From Gemmatimonadaceae bacterium (lineage in GTDB: Bacteria; Gemmatimonadota; Gemmatimonadetes; Gemmatimonadales; Gemmatimonadaceae), in the NCBI GenBank assembly GCA_045803545.1, contig JBJMOW010000005.1:96001-160000 (forward strand): a stretch of 64,000 bases of DNA, written 5' to 3'. The position numbers and the translations under genes were made by a program. Each line of letters opens with the position of its first letter. Positions within the stretch are counted from its first letter, which is position 1. Positions 10,596 to 19,838 of the stretch are shown in pieces. The notes under the pieces are model-generated. The model had not been told where the DNA came from and ran no database searches. It saw only the letters and a program-made list of their open reading frames with translations.

Positions 10596-11365
10596 TCGCG
10601 GAAGATACTTAGCGCCTCCGCCAACGCGAAATCCTTTTCCTCGGTGATTTTGAGCGCGCGTTCGCTGCCAGGCACTACCACCACCGGCAGTCCGATCTGT
10701 TCGCAGAGTGCCGCATCGTCGGTTGCAATTCGATCAGCCTCCCGCGCCTCGCGATGCGCGCGATCGATTACCGCCCGCGGAAATGCCTGCGGCGTCTGTG
10801 CGCGCCACAGTCCGAATCGGTCCACCGTTACTATCACGTTACCGCTCGAATCGACTCTTTTGAGAGTGTCCGATACGGGAAGCGCAGCGACAGCGCCCTT
10901 CCCCTGACGCGCTTCATCAATCACCCGACCGATAGTGTCCTGAGTGACGAGCGGACGCGCGGCATCGTGGATGACCACGATCTCGCATTCTGGCGGGAGA
11001 TCCTCTAGACCATTGGCCACTGATTCGCCGCGATGACTTCCGCCCAGCGAGAGCAGTAGTCGATCGGTGTCGCACTGAAAAATCCACGGTGGCGGATCTG
11101 CGACGTACTGTTTTGGTAGCACGCAGACGACCATGGCGACCTCGGGCCGTGCCTGAAACGCCTGCAGGCTATGGAGCAGCATTGGCTTTCCGGCGACCCA
11201 GCGAAATTGCTTGAGCTCGGCGGTTTCGGTGCGTGATCCCAATCCGGCGGCGACGATAATGACGCCGACATCGCGGGAGGCGGGATGCGGTCGGCGAGAG
11301 GCGGAGGCACTGCCGTCGTCCAGCATTTCGCCTGCCCCCTCTCGCCCCCCGCCTCCCTCAGCCAT
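10592..11365 (-). CDS. ispD: 2-C-methyl-D-erythritol 4-phosphate cytidylyltransferase
   Basis: AAGLGSR..K, IHDAARP, AQTPQAF, TDD, KIT; ATG 11365 overlaps radA stop. Confidence 0.92.
   Translation of the reverse strand: MAEGGGGREGAGEMLDDGSASASRRPHPASRDVGVIIVAAGLGSRTETAELKQFRWVAGKPMLLHSLQAFQARPEVAMVVCVLPKQYVADPPPWIFQCDTDRLLLSLGGSHRGESVANGLEDLPPECEIVVIHDAARPLVTQDTIGRVIDEARQGKGAVAALPVSDTLKRVDSSGNVIVTVDRFGLWRAQTPQAFPRAVIDRAHREAREADRIATDDAALCEQIGLPVVVVPGSERALKITEEKDFALAEALSIFRE
11274..11358. repeat. Second heptamer-repeat palindromic element, inside the ispD 5' end
   Basis: cgggagg cgggatg cggtcgg cgagagg (11274-11301) and inverted cctgccc cctctcg ccccccg cctccct (11331-11358). Confidence 0.6.
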
Positions 11366-12755
11366 TGAACAAATGCCGGAAGACATCTGTGATCGTGCGC
11401 ACGCCTACGATCTCGATTCCGCGCGTTGGGCGTTTTGGAATTCCCCGCTCTGCGAGATAAGCCGTCGTCATTCCCATCTTCGCGGCTTCGCCGAGGCGTC
11501 GCTCGGCTTGGGATACCGGCCTGATCTCTCCGCCGAGGCCGACTTCTCCCAGAAAGATCATGGAGCTGCCGACCGGCTTGTCGTACACGCTCGACGCCAG
11601 CGCGCTGGCGACCGCCAGATCACCTGCCGGCTCCTGCATCCGCACGCCGCCGACAACGTTGAGGAACACATCCAGTTGCGAGAACGAAAGGCCGGCGCGC
11701 TTGTCGAGTACCGCCAGCAGCAGCGCGAGACGACGCGGATCGTAGCCGGTGCTAACCCGCTGCGGAGTTCCGTAACCAGCCTTCGCCGCCAGCCCCTGAA
11801 TCTCGATCAACACCGGACGCGACCCCTCGAGCAATGCAGTCACCGCACTGCCCGACGCGTTTTCGAGGCGATCGCCGAGGAATAGCTCCGACGGATTCTC
11901 GACGGCGATGAGGCCTTCCTCGGTCATCCTGAACACGCCGATCTCGTCGACGCTGCCGAAGCGGTTCTTGGTCGCTCGCAACAGCCGATGCTCGAGCATG
12001 CCTTCGCCTTCGAAGTACAAAACGGTGTCGACGATGTGCTCCAGCGTTTTCGGGCCGGCAATGCCGCCGCCTTTGGTCACATGGCCAATCGCAAAGACCG
12101 TGGTCTCGGTTTCCTTGGCGAAGCGCATCAACCGGGCGGCACATTCCCGCACCTGTCCTACGTTACCCGGCGCTCCCTCGAGATCGCTCGTGAAGATCGT
12201 CTGAATGGAGTCGACGATCACGGCGTCAAATTTCTGCGAGGCCGCCGTAGCAATGATGGTTTCGAGCAGCGTCTCGTTGAGCAGCGCAACATCTTCAGCC
12301 GAGCCATGCAGACGCTCGGCGCGGAGCTTGACCTGCAGCGCTGATTCTTCGCCTGACACGTAAAGCGCCGAGTGTCCCAGCGACTGTAGCTTGCCCGCCA
12401 CCTGCAACAGCAGAGTCGACTTGCCGATCCCCGGCTCACCACCGACGAGGACCATCGAGCCGGGAACGATTCCCCCTCCCAGCACAAAATCGAATTCGCG
12501 GATCCCGGTCTTGAGTCGGCGTCCTTCCGAGCTCCTGATCTCGCGCAGGCGCGGCGTCGGTGCGACGCTGCCGCCCTCCGCCATCGACCGCTTGCCGCCG
12601 ACGCGCCGACTTGATGCGGAGGTCGACGCAGAGGAAGTCGCTATCTCCTCGACCAGCGAATTCCACTCGCCGCAGACGTCGCAGCGTCCCGCCCACTTGG
12701 GGTGATCAGCGCCGCAATTCGTGCAGCGATAGACCGTTTTTGCTTTTGGACTCAC
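11358..12755 (-). CDS. radA: DNA repair protein RadA/Sms
   Basis: N-terminal C4 zinc finger, GEPGIGKST, KNRFG. Confidence 0.97.
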   Translation of the reverse strand: MSPKAKTVYRCTNCGADHPKWAGRCDVCGEWNSLVEEIATSSASTSASSRRVGGKRSMAEGGSVAPTPRLREIRSSEGRRLKTGIREFDFVLGGGIVPGSMVLVGGEPGIGKSTLLLQVAGKLQSLGHSALYVSGEESALQVKLRAERLHGSAEDVALLNETLLETIIATAASQKFDAVIVDSIQTIFTSDLEGAPGNVGQVRECAARLMRFAKETETTVFAIGHVTKGGGIAGPKTLEHIVDTVLYFEGEGMLEHRLLRATKNRFGSVDEIGVFRMTEEGLIAVENPSELFLGDRLENASGSAVTALLEGSRPVLIEIQGLAAKAGYGTPQRVSTGYDPRRLALLLAVLDKRAGLSFSQLDVFLNVVGGVRMQEPAGDLAVASALASSVYDKPVGSSMIFLGEVGLGGEIRPVSQAERRLGEAAKMGMTTAYLAERGIPKRPTRGIEIVGVRTITDVFRHLFNG

Positions 12756-14152
12756 TGAGTCAAACGAGGCGACAGATTCTCGAAGCGCGTGTAGGTCTTG
12801 TTGAAATAGAGATTGATGAAACCTGTCGGTCCGTTGCGCTGCTTGCCGACGATGATCTCCGCGCGGCCCTCGAGAGAGTTGCCGTCCTTGTCCGTCGGTC
12901 CGTCGTACATCTCCTGGCGGTAAATGAACATCACCAGATCGGCATCCTGCTCGATGGCACCCGACTCACGAAGGTCGGACAGTTGCGGCCGCTTGTTCTC
13001 CCCCGCTCGCTGCTCGGGGGCACGTGAAAGCTGCGACAGGGCGACGACCGGAATCCGCAGCTCGCGCGCGAGTGCTTTGAGCGATCGCGAGATGTAGCTG
13101 ATCTCCTGCTGACGACTCTCAACGTCACGCGGACCCGCCATCAGTTGCAGATAGTCCACAACCACCATGCCAATGTTGTTCTCCATCTTCAGCCGACGTG
13201 CCTTGGATCTCATCTCCAGCAGATTCATCGCCGGCGTATCGTCGATCCAGATCGGTGCATGGCTAAGAATGCCCGCCGCGCGGCCCAGTCGGACGAACTC
13301 GTCGTCGTGCAAGCGGCCTTTGCGCAGGCGTTGAGCGTCGACGCGCCCTTCGGAAGTGAGCAGTCGCTGCACGAGCTGCTCCTTGCTCATCTCCAGAGAG
13401 AAGAACGCCACTGGAACGTTGTTATCGAGCGCCGCATTCTGCGCGATGTTGAGCACGAAGGCCGTCTTTCCCATCGAGGGTCGAGCCGCAACGATGATCA
13501 GATCTGACGGTTGGAAACCTGCAGTCATCTCGTCGAGATCCTTGAACCCGCTCGCCACGCCCGTAATCGATCCGCCGCCGCGTTGGATCTCCTCGATGCG
13601 TTCCATCGTCGGCCAGAGCAGCTCCTTGATGCGCATGAAGCCTTCGCTGCCGCGGCTTTGGTTGACCTCGAAGATTCGGTGCTCTGCTTCGTCGAGCAGC
13701 TCGGTCGAAGGGGCACCGGATTCGAACGCCTCCGCTACGATCGAGGTCGACACTTCGATCAGCCGCCGACGCAGTGCCTTCTCGCGAACGATCTTGGCGT
13801 GATACTCGATGTTCGCCGCGGTGGGCACCGCGTCGACGAGAAATCCGATGTAATCCTTCCCGCCACTCGATTCGAGTGAGTTCGTCCGCGCGAGCTCCTC
13901 GGAGAGTGTGAGCGGGTCTACTACATCACCGCGCTCCGAGAGCGCGAGCATCGCTCGGAATATCCGCCGATGTCCCTCGCGGTAGAACATCGTGTCGTCG
14001 AGGAACTCGGTGGCGCGAAGAATCGCGTCGGGATCCATGAGCATCGCCGACAATACCGCCTGCTCAGCATCTTCCGAGTAGGGCGGCCGACGATCCTTGT
14101 ACGGATCACGCGCGGGTGCTGCTATCGAGAATTCTACGGGCGAGCTTGACAT
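12752..14152 (-). CDS. dnaB: Replicative DNA helicase DnaB (no intein)
   Basis: AARPSMGKT, VDYLQL, DLRESGAIEQDAD, KQRNGPTG. Confidence 0.97.
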   Translation of the reverse strand: MSSSPVEFSIAAPARDPYKDRRPPYSEDAEQAVLSAMLMDPDAILRATEFLDDTMFYREGHRRIFRAMLALSERGDVVDPLTLSEELARTNSLESSGGKDYIGFLVDAVPTAANIEYHAKIVREKALRRRLIEVSTSIVAEAFESGAPSTELLDEAEHRIFEVNQSRGSEGFMRIKELLWPTMERIEEIQRGGGSITGVASGFKDLDEMTAGFQPSDLIIVAARPSMGKTAFVLNIAQNAALDNNVPVAFFSLEMSKEQLVQRLLTSEGRVDAQRLRKGRLHDDEFVRLGRAAGILSHAPIWIDDTPAMNLLEMRSKARRLKMENNIGMVVVDYLQLMAGPRDVESRQQEISYISRSLKALARELRIPVVALSQLSRAPEQRAGENKRPQLSDLRESGAIEQDADLVMFIYRQEMYDGPTDKDGNSLEGRAEIIVGKQRNGPTGFINLYFNKTYTRFENLSPRLTQ

Positions 14153-15041
14153 CTTCCCACGTCGGGCGTTTCCAGGCCGGATTGCGTAGCAAAGCCGCCG
14201 GGTGATAAGTGACGACGAGCGGTATGCCGTGATATTTGTGCATCAAACCACGGAGCTGGCCGATCGGCGTTTTGGAGTTCAGGAGAGTTTGGGCAGCGAA
14301 GGTCCCAAACGCAACGATGACTTTCGGCTTGATCAGCTCCAGCTGACGAATCAAATAAGGACTGCACGCTTCGACTTCTTCCGGTCGCGGATTTCTGTTT
14401 CCAGGCGGACGATGTTTGAGAACGTTGCAGATGAAGACGTCTTCACGAGTTAGGTCAATCGCCGCGAGAATCTTGTTGAGCAGCTGACCGGCCTGACCGA
14501 CGAACGGTCGACCGGTTTCATCTTCCTTTGCGCCGGGCGCTTCTCCAACGCAGACGAGCTTGGCCTTCGGGTTGCCCTCACCCGGAACTCCCTGAGTCGC
14601 AGTCTCATAGAGCGGACAGCGTGTGCACTTCTGAACTTTTTTTGCAATCTCTTCGAGCGAGTTCAACTTCTCGATCGCACTCGGAATCAGCTCCGCTTCA
14701 CCTGACGAGATGACGATTCCTTTCTTGAAGGCCATTTCTGTTGCGGGCTCGGCGCCGGGTGGGAGGAAAGATTCCTTTGTCGCGGAGGAACCTGCGTCAA
14801 CATTCACGCCAGCCTGGCGCAGCGAATCGCGCCAGTCTTTGAGATCTTGTCCGGAGATTTCTTCAGCGAGTTGTCGCAGACTAGGCCCAGCGCTCTGCAA
14901 GGTTGCCGTCGGCGCAGCGCGACCGACGGCGCCGAGCAACCTCATCACTTCTTCGACATCGAGCGAGTCGAGCACCAGCTCCGTTTCCCCGAGTTCGCGA
15001 CGCTGCTCGAGGTACCGGCGGAGCAGCGACTTAGCGTCCAC
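14106..15041 (-). CDS. Uracil-DNA glycosylase family 4 with N-terminal extension
   Basis: CTRC, GEAPG..ED..GRPFVG, KHRPPGNR, TYHPAALLR. Confidence 0.92.
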   Translation of the reverse strand: MDAKSLLRRYLEQRRELGETELVLDSLDVEEVMRLLGAVGRAAPTATLQSAGPSLRQLAEEISGQDLKDWRDSLRQAGVNVDAGSSATKESFLPPGAEPATEMAFKKGIVISSGEAELIPSAIEKLNSLEEIAKKVQKCTRCPLYETATQGVPGEGNPKAKLVCVGEAPGAKEDETGRPFVGQAGQLLNKILAAIDLTREDVFICNVLKHRPPGNRNPRPEEVEACSPYLIRQLELIKPKVIVAFGTFAAQTLLNSKTPIGQLRGLMHKYHGIPLVVTYHPAALLRNPAWKRPTWEDVKLARRILDSSTRA

Positions 15042-16236
15042 GCAGCGCGACCTCGATCCGATCGAGAATGGCTTCTGCTACGTCCGACTTGGACATCAGC
15101 TGCAGCGCGTCCTCCTTTCCGGTACGATCGATGATTGTCACGCGATTTGTATCGACTCCGAAGCCCGCCCCAGGCTCAGTCGCGTCGTTCAGCACCACGA
15201 AGTCGAGATCCTTTGATTTGAGCTTGTCACGCGCGTTTTTCGCGCCGTCGTTAGTCTCCAGCGCGAACCCAACCACGACCCCGTTCTTTTTTCGTTTTGC
15301 CATCGTCGATTTCAAAATGTCCACGGTTGGCTCGAGCTCGATTTTGGGCGCCGTTTTGCCTTTTTTGATTTTCTGACCCGCGGCCAACGAGGGTCGGAAA
15401 TCGGCGGGTGCAGCGGCCATGATCAGCGCGTCGGCTTTTGGCAGCGCATCACCAACGGCCTTCGCCATCTCCTCCACCGTCTCGGTTTTGGTTGCGCGGA
15501 TTTCCGGTGGTAACGGGACGTCGACGTGTCCGGTAATCAATTGCACCTCCGCGCCACGTCGCCACGCCGCCCGTGCCAACGCAACGCCCATTTTTCCGCT
15601 GCTGTGATTGGAGATGAAGCGAACAGGATCGATTTGCTCGCGAGTAGCTCCCGCGGTTACCACAATCGTGCGACCGCGCAGCGATGATTTCTTCTCCAGC
15701 AACCGGCCGATGTGGCTGATGATCGTCTCGGGCTCCGGCATTCGCCCGGGTCCGCTTCCCTCTCCCACCGCCAGCGGACCTTCGTCGGGCGCGAGGATCT
15801 CGTAGCCAAGTGATTTCGCCTGCTGGATGTTCCGTTGAGTCTGGGTGTGCGCCCACATCCGGTCGTTCATCGCCGGCACGAGCAGAACTTTGCTCGTCGC
15901 GGCGAGAAGGCACGCCGTCAGCAAATCGTCGGCAAGACCGTGCACTGCTCGTCCGATGAAATCCGCAGTCGCCGGAGCTACGACAATGACGCTGGCCTCA
16001 CGCGCCAGCTTGACGTGATCGAGAGCGTGGCCGGGGCCGAAAATCTCAGTGTGAACCGGACGGCCGCTAACTGCTTCGAAGGTGATCGGACCGACGAACT
16101 CGCGAGCACCGCGAGTCATCACGACATCTACTTCAGCACCGGCCTGTGTAAGCAAACGCGCCAGCCACACTGATTTGTAGCTGGCGATGCCCCCGGTGAT
16201 GCCGAGGAGGACGCGAGTGCCGTCGAAGGGACGCGC
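15031..16236 (-). CDS. coaBC: Bifunctional phosphopantothenoylcysteine decarboxylase/ligase; start appears to be non-canonical (GCG)
   Basis: LLGITGGIASYK upstream of the ORF-track start, PAMN, GRMPEP, DPVRFISNHSSGKMG, VGFALET. Confidence 0.92.
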   Translation of the reverse strand, partial: ARPFDGTRVLLGITGGIASYKSVWLARLLTQAGAEVDVVMTRGAREFVGPITFEAVSGRPVHTEIFGPGHALDHVKLAREASVIVVAPATADFIGRAVHGLADDLLTACLLAATSKVLLVPAMNDRMWAHTQTQRNIQQAKSLGYEILAPDEGPLAVGEGSGPGRMPEPETIISHIGRLLEKKSSLRGRTIVVTAGATREQIDPVRFISNHSSGKMGVALARAAWRRGAEVQLITGHVDVPLPPEIRATKTETVEEMAKAVGDALPKADALIMAAAPADFRPSLAAGQKIKKGKTAPKIELEPTVDILKSTMAKRKKNGVVVGFALETNDGAKNARDKLKSKDLDFVVLNDATEPGAGFGVDTNRVTIIDRTGKEDALQLMSKSDVAEAILDRIEVALRGR

Positions 16237-16241
16237 GGTAG

Positions 16242-16451
16242 CTACTCCGTACGGCGGCGCGGTACGACGCGATACTCGACCTGACCGTCGGTCAGTTCTT
16301 CGAGCGACCGCGTGGTCAGTTTCTTCTCGCCCGGCGCTGAGCGATCGCGTGGGAACTCGTTGAGAACGCGGGCATACTTCGCCGCGACGAGAACTCCCAG
16401 GTATTTGTTCGTCGCGTGCTTCGCGACTTCGGTCGGAATGAAAACCTGCAT
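16242..16451 (-). CDS. rpoZ: RNA polymerase omega subunit
   Basis: NKYLGVLVAAKYAR; gmk-rpoZ-coaBC synteny. Confidence 0.85.
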   Translation of the reverse strand: MQVFIPTEVAKHATNKYLGVLVAAKYARVLNEFPRDRSAPGEKKLTTRSLEELTDGQVEYRVVPRRRTE

Positions 16452-17101
16452 TACTTCCCCTTTGAGTATTGATCGATTGCCCGCTGGATTCCGTCCAGCA
16501 ATTCCTTCACTCGGCGGTCGAGCCCTGAAACTTTCGACCGTTGGAAACGATCGCCTTTGCCGTCGATGATCGCCGAGACCGCTTCAACAGCCGTATCGAG
16601 CTTGTCGTTGACCACCACGTACTGGTACAAATCTATCGCTTTTAACTCGGCGATGGCACTCTCAAAACGACGCACCAGGGCGCCAATGTCTTCGGTTCCA
16701 CGAGCCTCGAGGCGCTCAATCAGGGCCTCGCTCGAAGGCGGAAGGATGAAAATCAGCAGCGAATTCGGAAAAGCCTCGACGAATTGGCGGGTTCCCTGGA
16801 CATCAATGTCCATGATCACGTTGCGGCCTGAGGCGAGCACGCGCTGGACTTCCGATCGAAGCGTGCCGTACAGGTGTCCGTGAACGGTCGCTGACTCCGC
16901 AAAGCCGCCGCCCTTCTGTCGGTGTTTGAACTCCTCGGGGGAGACGAAGTAGTAGTCGCGCCCATCTCGCTCAGCCGGCCGAGGTGCGCGGGTAGTACAG
17001 GACACCGAGTACCCGACGTCCTCGCGTGTTGCAAGAAGCTGGTGGGCGATTGTGGTCTTTCCGCCACCGGAAGGTGAGGAAAGAATGATCGGGACCGGCA
17101 T
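16451..17101 (-). CDS. gmk: Guanylate kinase
   Basis: SSPSGGGKTT, TTRAPR..E.DGRDYYF, DIDVQG. Confidence 0.96.
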   Translation of the reverse strand: MPVPIILSSPSGGGKTTIAHQLLATREDVGYSVSCTTRAPRPAERDGRDYYFVSPEEFKHRQKGGGFAESATVHGHLYGTLRSEVQRVLASGRNVIMDIDVQGTRQFVEAFPNSLLIFILPPSSEALIERLEARGTEDIGALVRRFESAIAELKAIDLYQYVVVNDKLDTAVEAVSAIIDGKGDRFQRSKVSGLDRRVKELLDGIQRAIDQYSKGK

Positions 17102-17977
17102 CTACTCGAGGTTCTCGACCTGCTCGCGAATCCTTTCCAGCTCTTCCTTGGTCGCGATCACGTCTTCCTGGATCTGAGCGTCGCTGGCCTTGCTGCCGAT
17201 TGTATTCGCTTCGCGAACCATCTCCTGGAGGATGAAGCCAAGTCGCTTTCCCACCGGATCTGCAGTCTTCGATTGTGCGGTCTCGCGAAAAGCAACTACA
17301 TGAGAGCGAAACCGATCGAGCTCCTCGGCGACGTCGAGCTTGTCGGCGAGAATGGCGATCTCCTGCGCTATCCGCTGCGGATCCGCGCCGGCGCTGCCGA
17401 CGAGGTCCGACACAGTTTTCTTAATGCGCTCGTGCTGTTCCTTGAGCCTTACCGGTGCGCGGCTCTCGATCCGCGCCAGGCGCGATTCGACCGCAGCAAT
17501 TCGCTCGAGGAGAAACGCAGTCAGCAGCGCCCCTTCTGCTCGACGCATCGCTACCAGGTTGTCGGCGGCTTTACTGACGATCGCGGAAAGAGCGTCTCCC
17601 GCCGCGGCGTCGAGCTCGTCACTTGGGGCGGTGACTACGTCGGGCAGCCGGAGAATGGTTCCGAGGTCTACTTCGCCACCCAGCGCATGCTTCTTTTGGA
17701 TCTCCCGAAGGGTCGTCGCGTACTGGGCGATTTTGGCCTCGTCGATGCGCGCGCCGCCGACGGCGGCATGGTCGAGTCGAGCAGTTAATGTGACATGACC
17801 CCGTGCAATCTTCTGACGCAGCAGCTCACGGATCTCACCTTCCCACCGCGCGAGCGCGGCCGGCAGTTTCAGGTTGGGACTGAAGAAGCGGTGGTTGACG
17901 GTTCTGATTTCGACGCTGGCGTGCGAGCCGGAAACGATCCCGTCGGCCGCGCCAAAACCCGTCATGCTGGATATCAT
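17102..17977 (-). CDS. yicC: YicC/YloC family endoribonuclease
   Basis: SMTGFG, VNHRF, EELDRF.SH, REANTIGSK, REQVENLE. Confidence 0.93.
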   Translation of the reverse strand: MISSMTGFGAADGIVSGSHASVEIRTVNHRFFSPNLKLPAALARWEGEIRELLRQKIARGHVTLTARLDHAAVGGARIDEAKIAQYATTLREIQKKHALGGEVDLGTILRLPDVVTAPSDELDAAAGDALSAIVSKAADNLVAMRRAEGALLTAFLLERIAAVESRLARIESRAPVRLKEQHERIKKTVSDLVGSAGADPQRIAQEIAILADKLDVAEELDRFRSHVVAFRETAQSKTADPVGKRLGFILQEMVREANTIGSKASDAQIQEDVIATKEELERIREQVENLE

Positions 17978-17989
17978 GTGACGCGAGCT

Positions 17990-18018
17990 ATCCTACGCCG
18001 CGGCAATAGGTTTGTCAA
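17990..18018 (-). promoter_or_regulatory. Candidate sigma70 promoter for the yicC-gmk-rpoZ operon
   Basis: TTGACA-N17-TAGGAT, ending 12 nt before the yicC ATG. Confidence 0.65.
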
Positions 18019-19838
18019 TTCCAGAACTCCCATCGTACGCCGTAGATTGCGAGCACCCGCGGCATCTCGAATCCAGGCACGATGTCGTACTGATAGCCGA
18101 GGATGTTGCGCTGCTGATAGCTGATGACGGCGCGCATGATTCTGATCTCGAGGATTGCGGAGAGAGTCTTTCCAACCGGCGTTCGGATATCCTCGACGGT
18201 CGTTGGAAAAACGACCGCGCTGCGATACTCGTAGACGCCCGCCGCTTTCACCTCGAAATCACCGCGCGGAAACCGCTTCATGAAGTTGTTCGAGTAGTTC
18301 AGTTCCGCGCGGCTTTGCCATTTGGGCTGGTAAACGCTGCTGTCAGCCCAACGGATCGCCCACGCGTCCAAGCTAACGCCATAAGCAAGGGGACCACGAA
18401 TCGATCCGGTGTAACCGCTCACCCTCCCCGGCGACGTTGGCAGTAGCAGCGTGTCGTAGACCAACGGCGCTAGACCACTGCCCCGCTCCATACTGATCAT
18501 CCCACCCGAAACCCATGGGCGGAATAGTTTGATGCCCGCTTCGTAGCGAAACGATGTTGCGCTGGCTTGCGCTGAAGACCCAGTCGGTGTCTGGTGCGAA
18601 ACGGAGCCCGAGAATGCGATGAACGGCAGTGGCTGAGCGCGGAGCCCGCCATCTACGCTCGTGATCTGCCGGAATCCATCGTGCTGCGCGGTTGCGCTCA
18701 CCACACCAACGGGTGAGACAAGATCGAAGCGGCCACTGGCGCTGTTGTAACTGGCGCCGTTGAACGCGCGGAGCCGGTCGTCGACCTCAATCCGCGCCGG
18801 ACCGAGTGTCAGCCCACCACTTGCCACGAACTGCGATTCGAAGACGCGCCGCTCCAGGGTGTCCGCGAACGGCGTCGCACTCACGCTCCGATCCGGCGCC
18901 GTATTTCCCTTGAATCCGAGCGACGCGGCCGTGAGCTGCAGCCAGGGTCCGTGATTGCTCTCCCCGAATGCAGCCCTGATGTATGCGTCCGTGTAAGTCG
19001 CATCGACTGCGAGAATGGATGGACGGCTCAATAGCGCGCGTTGAAGCGCACGCGTCGGGTGGTGGCGCAAGACGAAACCATCGATGCTCCACGACTTGCT
19101 GGCGTACCCAACCCGCCCAAGCAACGAAAGCGCATCTCCCGCTCCCGCGAACCGCGAACTGGTCACGCCGTACTGTTGTCCGGCAAACTGAATCAGCGAA
19201 CCGCCCTGGCCACGCTTGCCGTAGAAGCCGCGGTAGAGATTGGTTTGTTCGTTGCCCGTTGCAACGTCGGCGCGGGTATATGGGTCGGTATTCTCGACAC
19301 GCCAGCTGCGCATGTAGATGCGCAGCTCGTCGGCACTTCGCTCGATGCTCAAATGCTCGAGGGTCCAGATCTGGATGGTCGAGAGATCGAGCACTCCACC
19401 CGAGCGGTTGTCGAGATTGTCGATCTCGACGCCATCGTAGAAAATCCGGACGCGGCTGAAATCGTTGTTGTAGGTCGCCGTTTGCGGCGTCGCCAGCCAA
19501 CCGGAACGGAAAGTCGCGATGCCGGGAATGCGGTCCAGCAAATCGACGAGGCTCAAAGCACCGGTGGCGAAGAGCTGAGTGCGATCCCATTCGTATTGTG
19601 GTCCAATCTCGTACAGTGCGGGATCGGCAAACCGGCCCACCGGCGGCTTGATTGTATCCGCTTTTACGCGCGCGCTGTCGGGTCCCGAATCAGTCTTCGG
19701 TTTTACGGGGATTGGGACCTCACTCGCCGGCGGCTGAACTACTTGCGCGCCGAGCGGATTTCCGGCCGCGTACAAAATCGCCCCGACCGCAAGGCCGGGG
19801 CGGACAAAGCGGACGATGTTCCAGATCGCTCGGATCAG
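18015..19838 (-). CDS. Outer-membrane beta-barrel protein with TonB-receptor-like plug domain; probable CTG start
   Basis: Plug-like TGALSLVDLLDRIPGI, amphipathic strands, C-terminal YGVRWEFWN; a complete signal peptide appears only from CTG 19838. Confidence 0.7.
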   Translation of the reverse strand: MIRAIWNIVRFVRPGLAVGAILYAAGNPLGAQVVQPPASEVPIPVKPKTDSGPDSARVKADTIKPPVGRFADPALYEIGPQYEWDRTQLFATGALSLVDLLDRIPGIATFRSGWLATPQTATYNNDFSRVRIFYDGVEIDNLDNRSGGVLDLSTIQIWTLEHLSIERSADELRIYMRSWRVENTDPYTRADVATGNEQTNLYRGFYGKRGQGGSLIQFAGQQYGVTSSRFAGAGDALSLLGRVGYASKSWSIDGFVLRHHPTRALQRALLSRPSILAVDATYTDAYIRAAFGESNHGPWLQLTAASLGFKGNTAPDRSVSATPFADTLERRVFESQFVASGGLTLGPARIEVDDRLRAFNGASYNSASGRFDLVSPVGVVSATAQHDGFRQITSVDGGLRAQPLPFIAFSGSVSHQTPTGSSAQASATSFRYEAGIKLFRPWVSGGMISMERGSGLAPLVYDTLLLPTSPGRVSGYTGSIRGPLAYGVSLDAWAIRWADSSVYQPKWQSRAELNYSNNFMKRFPRGDFEVKAAGVYEYRSAVVFPTTVEDIRTPVGKTLSAILEIRIMRAVISYQQRNILGYQYDIVPGFEMPRVLAIYGVRWEFWN

